Of a stretch of DNA of 41,272 nt, positions 1 through 8,163 are shown piece after piece (within the stretch, counting starts at the first letter, position 1; each line of letters begins with the position of its first letter). Source of the stretch: Verrucomicrobiales bacterium (GTDB taxonomy: Bacteria; Verrucomicrobiota; Verrucomicrobiia; Limisphaerales; RI-55); NCBI GenBank assembly GCA_003484235.1, contig DNDP01000293.1, forward strand, positions 18,474 through 59,745, in the 5' to 3' direction. The notes beneath the pieces are model-generated. The model saw only the letters and a program-made list of their open reading frames with translations, did no database searches and was not told the origin of the DNA. The position numbers and the translations under genes are program-made.

Positions 1-480
1 TTCCGCTGGTTTCTGCTGACGGCGTTCAAGTGTTTTCTCGCCAACGAATGGGATCGCCAGCAGGCCCAGAAACGGGGCGGTGGGCAACGGCCCATTCCAT
101 TGGATGCGCTTACCGCCGAGCAACGTTACCAGCTTGAACCCGCCGACCGGCACACCGCCGACCTGTTGTTCGAACGGCGCTGGGCGATGACCTTGTTGGA
201 GAATGCGCGCCAGCGGTTGCGGGCCGAGTACGAGGGCGCCGGCAAAGGGGATCGCTTCGCGTTGCTGGAAGGGAGTCTCCCCGGCGAACGCACCGCCCGC
301 ACCTATGCCGAGATGGGCGAGGAACTGGGGCTGTCCGAAGGCGGGGTGAAGACCGAGGTCCACCGGATGAAACGCCGTTACGCCGAGCTGATGCGCGCCG
401 AGGTCGCCCGCACCGTGGCGGACCCGGTGGAAGTCGAGCTGGAACTCCGGCACTTGATCGACGTGCTCGGAAGGCAGTAA
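1..480 (+). CDS. ECF-type RNA polymerase sigma factor, C-terminal part (5' end lies outside the window)
   Basis: Frame 1 is open from nt 1 (FRWFLLTAFKCFLANEWDRQ...) to TAA at 478-480; the listed ORF 100-480 is only its ATG-delimited part. The helix-turn-helix YAEMGEELGLSEGGVKTEVHRMKRRY is typical of sigma-70 region 4. It sits directly upstream of a Ser/Thr kinase gene. Confidence 0.8.
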   Translation, partial: FRWFLLTAFKCFLANEWDRQQAQKRGGGQRPIPLDALTAEQRYQLEPADRHTADLLFERRWAMTLLENARQRLRAEYEGAGKGDRFALLEGSLPGERTARTYAEMGEELGLSEGGVKTEVHRMKRRYAELMRAEVARTVADPVEVELELRHLIDVLGRQ

Positions 481-738
481 GGCTGATCGGAACGAAGAAT
501 GGACACGAAATCACACGAATCCCGAACCCAGCGTCTGACAGACGTTGAAAATGCATCCATCCCGTAGCAGCCAGCGTGAGCTGGTTCAAGACGTCTCAGA
601 CATCCAGGTTGATCTGAGCCGACTCACTTCGGCTGCTACCAATTGAATGGGTTTGATTCGTGTGGATGGGTGTCCATTCGTGGTTGGCCCTGTGACCTTT
701 GCCGGGTTTTGCTTAATCAGCAGTGGGCGAGTCCTGTC

Positions 739-3700
739 ATGACGTCGTCGGAAGAACATCTTTGCGCCGAATGCGGCCGGTCGTTGCCCGATCAGTCGCT
801 GGGCCAACGTTGTCCCAACTGCCTGCTGCAACTCGCGCTGACACCGCCGCCCGAAGAGCTGGTGGCCGCCACGCCCGTCATGTCGAAGGAGCAGGGAAGC
901 GGCGAACGACGTTTCTTCGCTGGCTACGAACTGCAGGGCGAGATCGCGCGCGGCGGCATGGGGGTCGTGTACCGGGCGCGTCAGTTCCATCCTGAGCGAG
1001 ACGTCGCCCTCAAGATGATCCATCCGGCCGGTCGCGCGGCGCCCTCGGCCCGGCTGCGCTTTGAGGTCGAGATCGCGGCCGTCGCGCGGCTGCATCATCC
1101 CCGGATCGTGTCGCTTTATGAAAGCGGCGAGCACGAGGGCGTCTGCTACTACAGCATGCGGCTGGTGGAAGGGGATGGCCTGGACGTGTGGCTGGCGGAG
1201 GGAAAGTTGCCGGCGGACGTGGCCTCGCGGGTGGAGCTGTTGATCAAGGTCGCCGAAGCGGTGCAATACGCGCACGACCGCGGAATCCTGCATCGTGACT
1301 TGAAGCCGTCGAACATTCTGCTTGGGCAGGATGGCGAGCCGTGCATCGCCGACTTCGGGCTCGCGAAGATCCAGGAGGCGGACGCCGGCATCACGCAGGA
1401 CCGCAGCGTGCTTGGTTCACCGAGCTACATGGCGCCCGAGCAGGCGGCCGGCGACGGTGCGGGTATCACCACGGCCGTCGACGTTTACAGCCTCGGAGCG
1501 ATCCTTTACGAGCTGCTCACCGGCAAGCCACCGTTCCTGGCGGACAACCCGCTCGAAACGTTGCGCCGCGTGAAGGAGGAATCTCCGGTCCCGCCCCGTC
1601 AGTTGGCCCCGGAGTTGCCGCGGGATCTCGAATCGATCTGTCTCAAGGCGCTCGAAAAGGAACCGGCGCGACGTTACGCCTCGGCCCAGGCACTGGCGGA
1701 AGATCTCCGGCGGTGGCTGCGTGGCGAGCAGGTGGAGGCGAGGCCTATCTCGACACTGGCGCAGGCCTGGCGTTGGTGCCGGCGACGACCGGCGATGGCG
1801 GCGCTGCTGGCGGTGTCGCTGCTTTCGCTCGTCACCCTCGCGATCGGTTCGACGATTGTGGCGCGCCGTTTCCAGATGGAAGGCGAGGCGAAGCAGGCGT
1901 TGGTGCTGCGGCTCCTGCACGAGAAGGCCGAGGGGTTTCTGGCCGCGGGCGAAACCGGGAAGGGGCTCGCGGTGCTCGCCCATTTGCTGCGCGAGGCACC
2001 GGAGGATTCGGTCGTCGGCAATCGCCTGCTCTCCGCGCTGAACCGCCGGCCGCTCGCCGTGCCGATGGTGCGGCCGTGGATCAGCGGTGCCGAGGTTCTG
2101 GCCGTCGGGATTACGGAGGACGGCGCCCAATCCGCGGCGGTTGCCCGCAATGGAAACTTCCGCCGGTTGGAGCTGGCGAGCGGGCGCACCCGGGATGAAC
2201 AGCTGTTGCCCTCCGGCGAGGTTCTCCAAGCCGCCCATATGACCGACCGGGGCGGGCGTCTGCTGACCCTCCATGCCGACGGCGTGGTTCGGGTGCGGTC
2301 CACCCACCAACCGGCGGAGGTCCTTGCGGAACTCCGCCACGACACCCCCGTCAAACTGCTCGAAGCCAGTGCGGACGGGCGAAGAATCGTCACGGTTGAC
2401 GAGCGTGACGGCGTCCGCCTCTGGGAGGGCGGAAACAGTGGTGGCGGGTGGCGGGCCACCGAGCTTGCCGGCCCGGCCGGCCACGCCATCCAGGCGATCA
2501 AACTGGACGGCGCCGGGCGACAGCTCGCGCTGGGATCCGATGCGGGCCGGGTCTGGTGGCATGACCTGGATGAAGGAGCATCCGTCCCCGGCGAATTCCG
2601 GACGGAATCCGCAGTCCGCACACTGGCGTTTTCAATCAATGGCGGCATGCTGGCGGCGGCCGACCACAGGCTGGTGTTTCTCTGGCGCAAGAACCGCCCG
2701 GACGCCGAAGGCCTGCGGCTGGTCATGCCCCTTGCCGCGACTGACCTTGATTTCAGCCCGGATGGCAAATTCCTTGCCGGCGCAGGCTGGTCGCGCAGCC
2801 GGGGCGCGCTGGTGTGGGAGACAGCAACCGGCCGGGTGGCGGCGGATTCCCTGGTGCACGACAGTCACGTGACCGCGGCCCGCTTCAATCCCTCCGGCGA
2901 CGAACTGGTCACTCTCAGCCATGATCATCAGGCCCGCCGATGGAGGGTGGGTTCGTGGGAGCCGGTGGGTGAACCGTTGGTCCACGCTTCGACACCCCTG
3001 CAGCTCGCCTTCGCCGCAGATGGCCGCCGGATCGTGACCGGCTCCTACAGCGGCGCAGTCTGGTGGGACATCTCGCCGTCCGTCGATCAACCCGTAGTTG
3101 TCGAACAGGCGGAAACCATCCTGCGCGCCGCCTATTCGCCCGACGGCCGCCAGTTGCTGACCGGTTCCAGCCACGGCGGGCTGAGCTTGTGGGACCTGCA
3201 GGCCGGCCGGAGGCTCCGTCAGTTCGCGGGCATGACCAACGACGTGCTGTCCCTCCGGTTCAGCCCTGCGGGTGACGTGGTGCTGGCGTTTGGCCGGAAC
3301 GGCGTGGTGCACACTTGGGATGTGATCTCGGGCGAGCCGCATGCCCCGCCCATCGGACATCCGGACGCCATCTACAGCGCCACTTTCACGGCCGATGCCA
3401 GACAAGTGCTGACCGCCGGCACCGACGGGGTGGCGCGTCTCTGGGAACTGGTTCCGGGAAGTCAGGAGATGAGGTCGCTGGACCATGGGTCGCCGCTCTT
3501 GGGCGCCAGCTTCAGTCCGGACGAGCGCCGGGTTGTGACCCATGGCCTCGGTGAACTGGTCCGCATATGGGACGTCGCCACCGGGAGGGAGCTGGTCGAG
3601 CCATTGATCGGCGGCCAGTGGGTCTACGACGCGGCGTTCAGCCCCGACGGCCGTTTATTGGCCGCCGGCGGGCAGGCCTCCCACGTCCGCCTGTGGGAGG

Positions 3701-4254
3701 TGGAAACGGGGCGCCGAATCGGCGAGCCCCTGCGGCACCAGAACGAAGTCCTGAAGATCGCCTTCAGTCCTGATGGGCGATGGCTGGCCAGTGCCTCCCT
3801 CGATGCGACGGTGCAGGTGGCGGCACTCGGCGGTGAGGAAATGACGCCCCTGTTGATTCCTCTGAGCGCGGCCGCCACCTGGGTGGAATTCAGCCCGGAC
3901 AGCCGTTGTCTGGTGACAATGGCAAAGGACGGGTTGGCGCGGGTTTGGGACCCGGCGAGTGGACTGCCGCTGATGGAGCCGATGACCCATGCCGCATCAA
4001 CATACGCCCGGGCCCATTTCCACCCGGACGGGACTGAGATCGTCACCGTCGGGGGAAGTCCGACTCTGTTGCGCTGGTCGATGCCCCGTTACCAGCGTGA
4101 GTCGGCGGATGTACTGGTGTCCGTGGCCGAGTTGGTGGGCCGTTTGACGCTGGTGGACGGCAACCGGTTCGCCGTTGCTCCCTTGGAGCAGTGGGACCGG
4201 CTTCCGGTGCTGCTCAAGCGGCAAACGCTGATCGAACCGGGACTGCGCCGTTGA
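739..4254 (+). CDS. Membrane Ser/Thr protein kinase with N-terminal zinc-ribbon-like motif and large extracytoplasmic WD40/beta-propeller repeat region
   Basis: The longest ORF is 643-4254; ATG 739 (MTSSEEHLCAECGRSL) is preferred. CxxC-x13-CxxC lies at nt 763-825. Hanks kinase motifs are present: GRGGMGVVYRA, HRDLKPSNILL, ADFGLAK, SYMAPE. One TM helix (PAMAALLAVSLLSLVTLAIGSTIV) is followed by ~750 aa of repeats of the type FSPDGR..(A/T)...D..VR(L/I)W(D/E). Confidence 0.93.
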   Translation: MTSSEEHLCAECGRSLPDQSLGQRCPNCLLQLALTPPPEELVAATPVMSKEQGSGERRFFAGYELQGEIARGGMGVVYRARQFHPERDVALKMIHPAGRAAPSARLRFEVEIAAVARLHHPRIVSLYESGEHEGVCYYSMRLVEGDGLDVWLAEGKLPADVASRVELLIKVAEAVQYAHDRGILHRDLKPSNILLGQDGEPCIADFGLAKIQEADAGITQDRSVLGSPSYMAPEQAAGDGAGITTAVDVYSLGAILYELLTGKPPFLADNPLETLRRVKEESPVPPRQLAPELPRDLESICLKALEKEPARRYASAQALAEDLRRWLRGEQVEARPISTLAQAWRWCRRRPAMAALLAVSLLSLVTLAIGSTIVARRFQMEGEAKQALVLRLLHEKAEGFLAAGETGKGLAVLAHLLREAPEDSVVGNRLLSALNRRPLAVPMVRPWISGAEVLAVGITEDGAQSAAVARNGNFRRLELASGRTRDEQLLPSGEVLQAAHMTDRGGRLLTLHADGVVRVRSTHQPAEVLAELRHDTPVKLLEASADGRRIVTVDERDGVRLWEGGNSGGGWRATELAGPAGHAIQAIKLDGAGRQLALGSDAGRVWWHDLDEGASVPGEFRTESAVRTLAFSINGGMLAAADHRLVFLWRKNRPDAEGLRLVMPLAATDLDFSPDGKFLAGAGWSRSRGALVWETATGRVAADSLVHDSHVTAARFNPSGDELVTLSHDHQARRWRVGSWEPVGEPLVHASTPLQLAFAADGRRIVTGSYSGAVWWDISPSVDQPVVVEQAETILRAAYSPDGRQLLTGSSHGGLSLWDLQAGRRLRQFAGMTNDVLSLRFSPAGDVVLAFGRNGVVHTWDVISGEPHAPPIGHPDAIYSATFTADARQVLTAGTDGVARLWELVPGSQEMRSLDHGSPLLGASFSPDERRVVTHGLGELVRIWDVATGRELVEPLIGGQWVYDAAFSPDGRLLAAGGQASHVRLWEVETGRRIGEPLRHQNEVLKIAFSPDGRWLASASLDATVQVAALGGEEMTPLLIPLSAAATWVEFSPDSRCLVTMAKDGLARVWDPASGLPLMEPMTHAASTYARAHFHPDGTEIVTVGGSPTLLRWSMPRYQRESADVLVSVAELVGRLTLVDGNRFAVAPLEQWDRLPVLLKRQTLIEPGLRR

Positions 4255-4298
4255 CACCAGGCAAGGGCCTCCCGCCATCCGGGGAACCGGACCGGGGG

Positions 4299-5723
4299 TC
4301 AGGCCATCTTGTAAAACTCCTCCCAACCCTTGCGCGGGGCGGGGCCGTCGAGGAGGGCGTTGGCCCGGTCGTCGTTGATGAACCGCTCCTTCGCGCGGTC
4401 GAAGTTCAACTCCCGGTTCAGATACTGGCAGATCACTCCGAGCATCAGTGTCTGCGTGAGCGAACCGCCGATGCTGAACGGCGACCGGGTCCTGTCGTTG
4501 CCCATGCACGCCTGCGTGAAGCTCTCCAGGTGATCCCACTTCGGGTTCTCGACGCGCAGCGCCTCGGCGAACTTGTCGAACTGCGCGCCGGGGATGATGT
4601 CGGACGCGCCGGAGTGCGAGCCGCGGGTGATCGCGTAGTCGGCGCCCTCGGGATAGAGAACCGTCCCGGCACCGCCCAGTTCGGGCGGGGTCGGCCTGCC
4701 GTCCTTGTTCTTGTCCCAGAACTTCTCCGGCACTTTCGGATGGCAGTCGGCACCGTCGCGCCAGGTCAGCTCGAGCGCCGGATGTCCGCCCCGTTTGGGG
4801 AACTGCATGACGAGCTGGGAATTGAGCGGGAAGATCACCTCGTTGTGGTCGTCCATCTTGATCGGTGTGAGCCGCGTGGGCTGGCCGAGTTCGAGAAAGT
4901 CGTGCACGAAGTCGATGATGTGCGCGCCCCAGTCGCCGAGCATGCCGTTGCCGTAGAGGTAAAACGCCCGCCAGTTGAAGGGGTGATATTTCGAGCTGAA
5001 GGGCTTCATCTCGGCCGGACCGCACCAGAGATCCCAGTCGAGGGTGTCGGGCTTCGGTTCCTCGGGCGGATAGGTGGAGAAGCGCTGCTTCGCGTCCATG
5101 AAGAACAGCCCCGGCGTCTTCCATGCCTCAACCTTGGTGATGTCGCGGACCACGCCGCGCTCGACAAGCTGCTCGAACTGCACCGACCCGCGCGAGGTGT
5201 GGCCCTGATTGCCCATCTGCGTGACCACGCCAAACTTCTTCTCGGCCTGCATCAGCAGGGCGGCCTCCCGATACGAGTGGGTCAACGGCTTCTCCACGTA
5301 AACGTGTTTGCCGAGCGACATCGCCAGCATCGCCGCTGGAAAATGCGTGTGGTCGGGCGTCACCACGCTGACTGCGTCGATGTCGTCCGGCATCTGGTCG
5401 AGCATCACGCGGAAGTCCTTGAACTGTTTCACGTCGGGGAAACGTTTCTGATTCGCCTCGACACGGCGCGCGCTGAAGTCCACGTCGCAGAACGCGACCG
5501 GATGCGCGTGGCCGCCCCTGCACAGGCTGGGGATGACGCCGCTCGCGCGTCCACCGACGCCGACACAGGCGAGGTTGACGCGTTTGCTGGGCGGCAGCTT
5601 GCCGTCGGCCGCGCGCGCGCCGGTGATGAGATACGACGGCAGAATCGTGAAGCCGAACGTGCCGAGGGCGGAGGTTTTGAGGAAGTCGCGACGCTTGAGG
5701 GAAGGCTGTTTGTTCTTCTTCAT
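4299..5723 (-). CDS. Gfo/Idh/MocA family oxidoreductase with twin-arginine (Tat) signal peptide
   Basis: The ORF extends to 5771, but ATG 5723 gives MKKNKQPSLKRRDFLKTSALGTF (RRDFLK Tat motif). It has a dinucleotide-binding N-terminus (LACVGVGGRASG) and the EKP motif (HVYVEKPLTHS) typical of the family. Confidence 0.9.
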   Translation of the reverse strand: MKKNKQPSLKRRDFLKTSALGTFGFTILPSYLITGARAADGKLPPSKRVNLACVGVGGRASGVIPSLCRGGHAHPVAFCDVDFSARRVEANQKRFPDVKQFKDFRVMLDQMPDDIDAVSVVTPDHTHFPAAMLAMSLGKHVYVEKPLTHSYREAALLMQAEKKFGVVTQMGNQGHTSRGSVQFEQLVERGVVRDITKVEAWKTPGLFFMDAKQRFSTYPPEEPKPDTLDWDLWCGPAEMKPFSSKYHPFNWRAFYLYGNGMLGDWGAHIIDFVHDFLELGQPTRLTPIKMDDHNEVIFPLNSQLVMQFPKRGGHPALELTWRDGADCHPKVPEKFWDKNKDGRPTPPELGGAGTVLYPEGADYAITRGSHSGASDIIPGAQFDKFAEALRVENPKWDHLESFTQACMGNDRTRSPFSIGGSLTQTLMLGVICQYLNRELNFDRAKERFINDDRANALLDGPAPRKGWEEFYKMA

Positions 5724-5804
5724 GGTGCAGCAGGGAGGTTGATCGGAAATAGCAGACGCGTACCAGCCCAAGTGTCTTCAGAAAATCCACCCGCGTCCCG
5801 CGCG

Positions 5805-7391
5805 TCAACCGGTCCGCGGTTTGCCCGGTTCTCGCCGCGCAAACGGGACCAGTGAGGCAAGCCAGGAAACCGCCACCACCGTGGCGACGCCGATGAACCC
5901 CAGGAGCAGCGGGTTGGTCCCGGTGCGAAACCGCACGAACAACAGCGCGGCCACCGCCGCTCCGATGCCGAGCCACAGCTGGCGGACGCCTACACCATTG
6001 AGAAACACCGCCACGGCCATCGCCCCCGCCAGCGTGCCGCCGAGCAGTCCCATCAGACCAAGGAAATAGTCCCACATCAGCTTGATCTCCATCGTCGCAA
6101 GCGCAGCGGCGGTGGCGGTGCCAAACAGGCCGGCGACCAGCGTGATGCGGCGCGCAAGCCTGAGCCATCCCGCTTCGGCGCGCGGTCTGCCGGTCGGTTT
6201 CAGCCAGTCGGTGACCACGCTCGTCGCGATCGAGTGCATGCTCGAGTCGAGGCTCGACATTGCGGCGGCGAACACCCCGGCGATCACCAGGCCGGCGAGA
6301 CCAGCGGGCATCTGGGTGGCGATGAACCACGGCAGGATCTGTTCGTTGGACGCAAGCTCCGTAAGCGCGCCGGGATGTTGACCGTAAAAGACGAACAGCG
6401 CCGTGCCGAGCGACAGGAAGAGCACCGTGGCCGGCAGAACCATCAGTGCGCCGAGCCAGAGCGACCGGCGGGCCGCCCCTTCGTCCGGTGTCGTAAGATA
6501 TCGCTGCACGACGGTCTGATCGGAAGAGTAGGGGACCAGCGCATTGGTGAAGATGCCGCCGAGCAGGACAACGAGCAGCGAGTCGGTGATGAGACTGGCG
6601 TCGAGGTTGACCCAGTGAAACTTGTTGGCCGCCTTCGCAATGTCCAGCAGGTCGGTGAAGCCCCCCTCGAGCCGCCCGACGATGAGGACCAAAGCCGCGA
6701 GCGCTCCGCCCAGCAACACAAAGGTCTGCAACACGTCGGTCCAGATCACCGCCTCGATCCCGCCCAGCACCGTGTACAGCGTCGCGAGCAATCCCATCAA
6801 AGCGATGCAGAGAAAGAGGGCGATGCCGGTGACGGCCGACAGGGCCAGCGCCGGCAGCAAGAGCACAATGCCCATGCGCCCGAGTTGAAAAAGAATGAAC
6901 GACGCGCTGCCGAACAACTGGATCGAGCGGTCGAACCGTTTCTCGAGGAACTGATAGACGGTCGTGATGTTCTCGCGGCGCAGGACCGGCAGGTATTTGA
7001 ACACGATCACCGGAGCCACCAGCAGCACGCAGAGGTTGACCGGGAGCAGCGTCCAGTCGGTGGCGTAGGCGCGGGCGGGAATGGCCAGGTAGGTGATGGC
7101 GCTGAGGATGGTGGAGAACAGGCTGAGACCGGCCGCCCACCACGGGATCGTGCGTCCGCCGAGAAAGAAGTGCTCGGTGGTCTTCTCGCGGCGGGCGCAG
7201 CGCCAGCCGATGAACACCAGGACCGCAAGGTAGGCGAAGAGAACGAGCCAGTTGATGAACCCGAATGAAGCCGCGGCGGGTCCATCCGCAGGAAACTCGC
7301 CGCCCAAGGATTGAGCCGCAGAGAGCACAAAGAGCACAGAGACAAGAGCGACTCTCTGCGCTCTTTGCGTACTCTGCGGCAAGGCACTCAT
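5805..7391 (-). CDS. Sodium:solute symporter (SSS) family transporter
   Basis: The longest ORF (to 7700) overlaps the upstream gene. ATG 7391-7389 overlaps the upstream TGA (TGATG). The protein is polytopic and hydrophobic, with an SSS-like N-terminal region (FFLGGRTIPWWAAGLSLFSTILSAITYLAIPA). The start is uncertain: an in-frame TTG at 7307 lies just after a large hairpin (see findings). Confidence 0.87.
   Translation of the reverse strand: MSALPQSTQRAQRVALVSVLFVLSAAQSLGGEFPADGPAAASFGFINWLVLFAYLAVLVFIGWRCARREKTTEHFFLGGRTIPWWAAGLSLFSTILSAITYLAIPARAYATDWTLLPVNLCVLLVAPVIVFKYLPVLRRENITTVYQFLEKRFDRSIQLFGSASFILFQLGRMGIVLLLPALALSAVTGIALFLCIALMGLLATLYTVLGGIEAVIWTDVLQTFVLLGGALAALVLIVGRLEGGFTDLLDIAKAANKFHWVNLDASLITDSLLVVLLGGIFTNALVPYSSDQTVVQRYLTTPDEGAARRSLWLGALMVLPATVLFLSLGTALFVFYGQHPGALTELASNEQILPWFIATQMPAGLAGLVIAGVFAAAMSSLDSSMHSIATSVVTDWLKPTGRPRAEAGWLRLARRITLVAGLFGTATAAALATMEIKLMWDYFLGLMGLLGGTLAGAMAVAVFLNGVGVRQLWLGIGAAVAALLFVRFRTGTNPLLLGFIGVATVVAVSWLASLVPFARREPGKPRTG
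7316..7379 (-). repeat. 27-bp imperfect inverted repeat (10-nt spacer) at the RraA-like/SSS gene junction
   Basis: Arms 7316-7342 and 7353-7379 give 23 Watson-Crick pairs of 27, counted by hand. In the minus-strand RNA, two of the four non-Watson-Crick positions become G-U pairs. Confidence 0.75.
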
Positions 7392-8143
7392 CACCACTCG
7401 CCTTTGTTGCCGAACCGCTTTTGCGCCGCTGCTCCGAAACGTGCCGCACCTTCGTCGATCTCCTTGAGAATCTGTGCGACGGGCTTGCCCGCGCCGCTGC
7501 GCGCCACGGAGATGAGGTTCTCGCACTCGTTGGCGTCCATGAATCGGGCGGCGTCGAGCAACCCCGCCTCGTCCCCGTACGGCACGGCGAGAAAGCCGTG
7601 CTTGTCGGCGTGAATCAACTGGCCGGGCTGCACCTTGCGGCCGAACACCTCCACCTCGCAGTTCCAGCGGACCGGAATCGCGAAGCCGTGTCCCACACAC
7701 AAGCGGCGGGCCAGCGCCTTGAACCCGGCGTTGTTCATCTCGTCAAGATCACGGATCGCGCCGTCGATGATGCCGCCGACGACACCGAGCGCGCGGTGGA
7801 TGTTGCTGTTCACCTCGCCCCAGGCGGCGCCGTAGGTCATGGGCTTGTCGAGATCCTGCACCACCACGATCTTCGGCCCAGGCACCGAACCGACATACGC
7901 GCGATAATCGCTCCAGGCGTTCGGGTTGTTCCGGGGATGTACGGCACTGCCGGGCTGGATCACGCAGGTCACCGCATAGCCGACCATCGGGCCCATCTGC
8001 GGCATGAAATCGCGCGTCTCTTCAAGATTGAAGGCGTCCCGGGCGTGGTTGTGCTTCGTAATCTGCTCCCAGCCGTTGTAAATGGTCGGAGTGTTCCAGC
8101 GCTTGAGTTGCAGGAGTGCTTCGTAGGGGAGGGGTTGATTCAT
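7391..8143 (-). CDS. RraA-fold protein (HMG/CHA-aldolase-like, long form, 250 aa)
   Basis: ATG 8143 (MNQPLPYEALLQLK) lies 20 nt after the upstream stop. It carries GAAWGEVNSNIHRALGVVGGIIDGAIRDLDE, the GG.IDG..RD motif region of the RraA / 4-hydroxy-4-methyl-2-oxoglutarate aldolase family. Confidence 0.78.
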   Translation of the reverse strand: MNQPLPYEALLQLKRWNTPTIYNGWEQITKHNHARDAFNLEETRDFMPQMGPMVGYAVTCVIQPGSAVHPRNNPNAWSDYRAYVGSVPGPKIVVVQDLDKPMTYGAAWGEVNSNIHRALGVVGGIIDGAIRDLDEMNNAGFKALARRLCVGHGFAIPVRWNCEVEVFGRKVQPGQLIHADKHGFLAVPYGDEAGLLDAARFMDANECENLISVARSGAGKPVAQILKEIDEGAARFGAAAQKRFGNKGEW

Positions 8144-8163
8144 TTGATTGCGGCAATGGTTCG

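Noticed and set aside
532-544. Palindrome CGTCTGaCAGACG considered as a terminator for the ECF sigma gene
   Set aside because: A 1-nt loop cannot form a hairpin, and no U-tract follows. It is kept only as a possible protein-binding palindrome (see finding on 481-738).
4191-5855. 554-aa plus-strand ORF covering the whole Gfo/Idh/MocA gene
   Set aside because: It is antisense to a gene with clear family motifs. Its translation is Arg/Ala/Gly/Pro-rich low-complexity sequence typical of spurious ORFs in GC-rich DNA, with no recognisable domain.
5128-7449. 773-aa minus-strand ORF spanning the oxidoreductase/SSS junction in another frame
   Set aside because: It overlaps two well-supported genes out of frame. 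Its composition is dominated by R/G/A/P, and no motifs are present.
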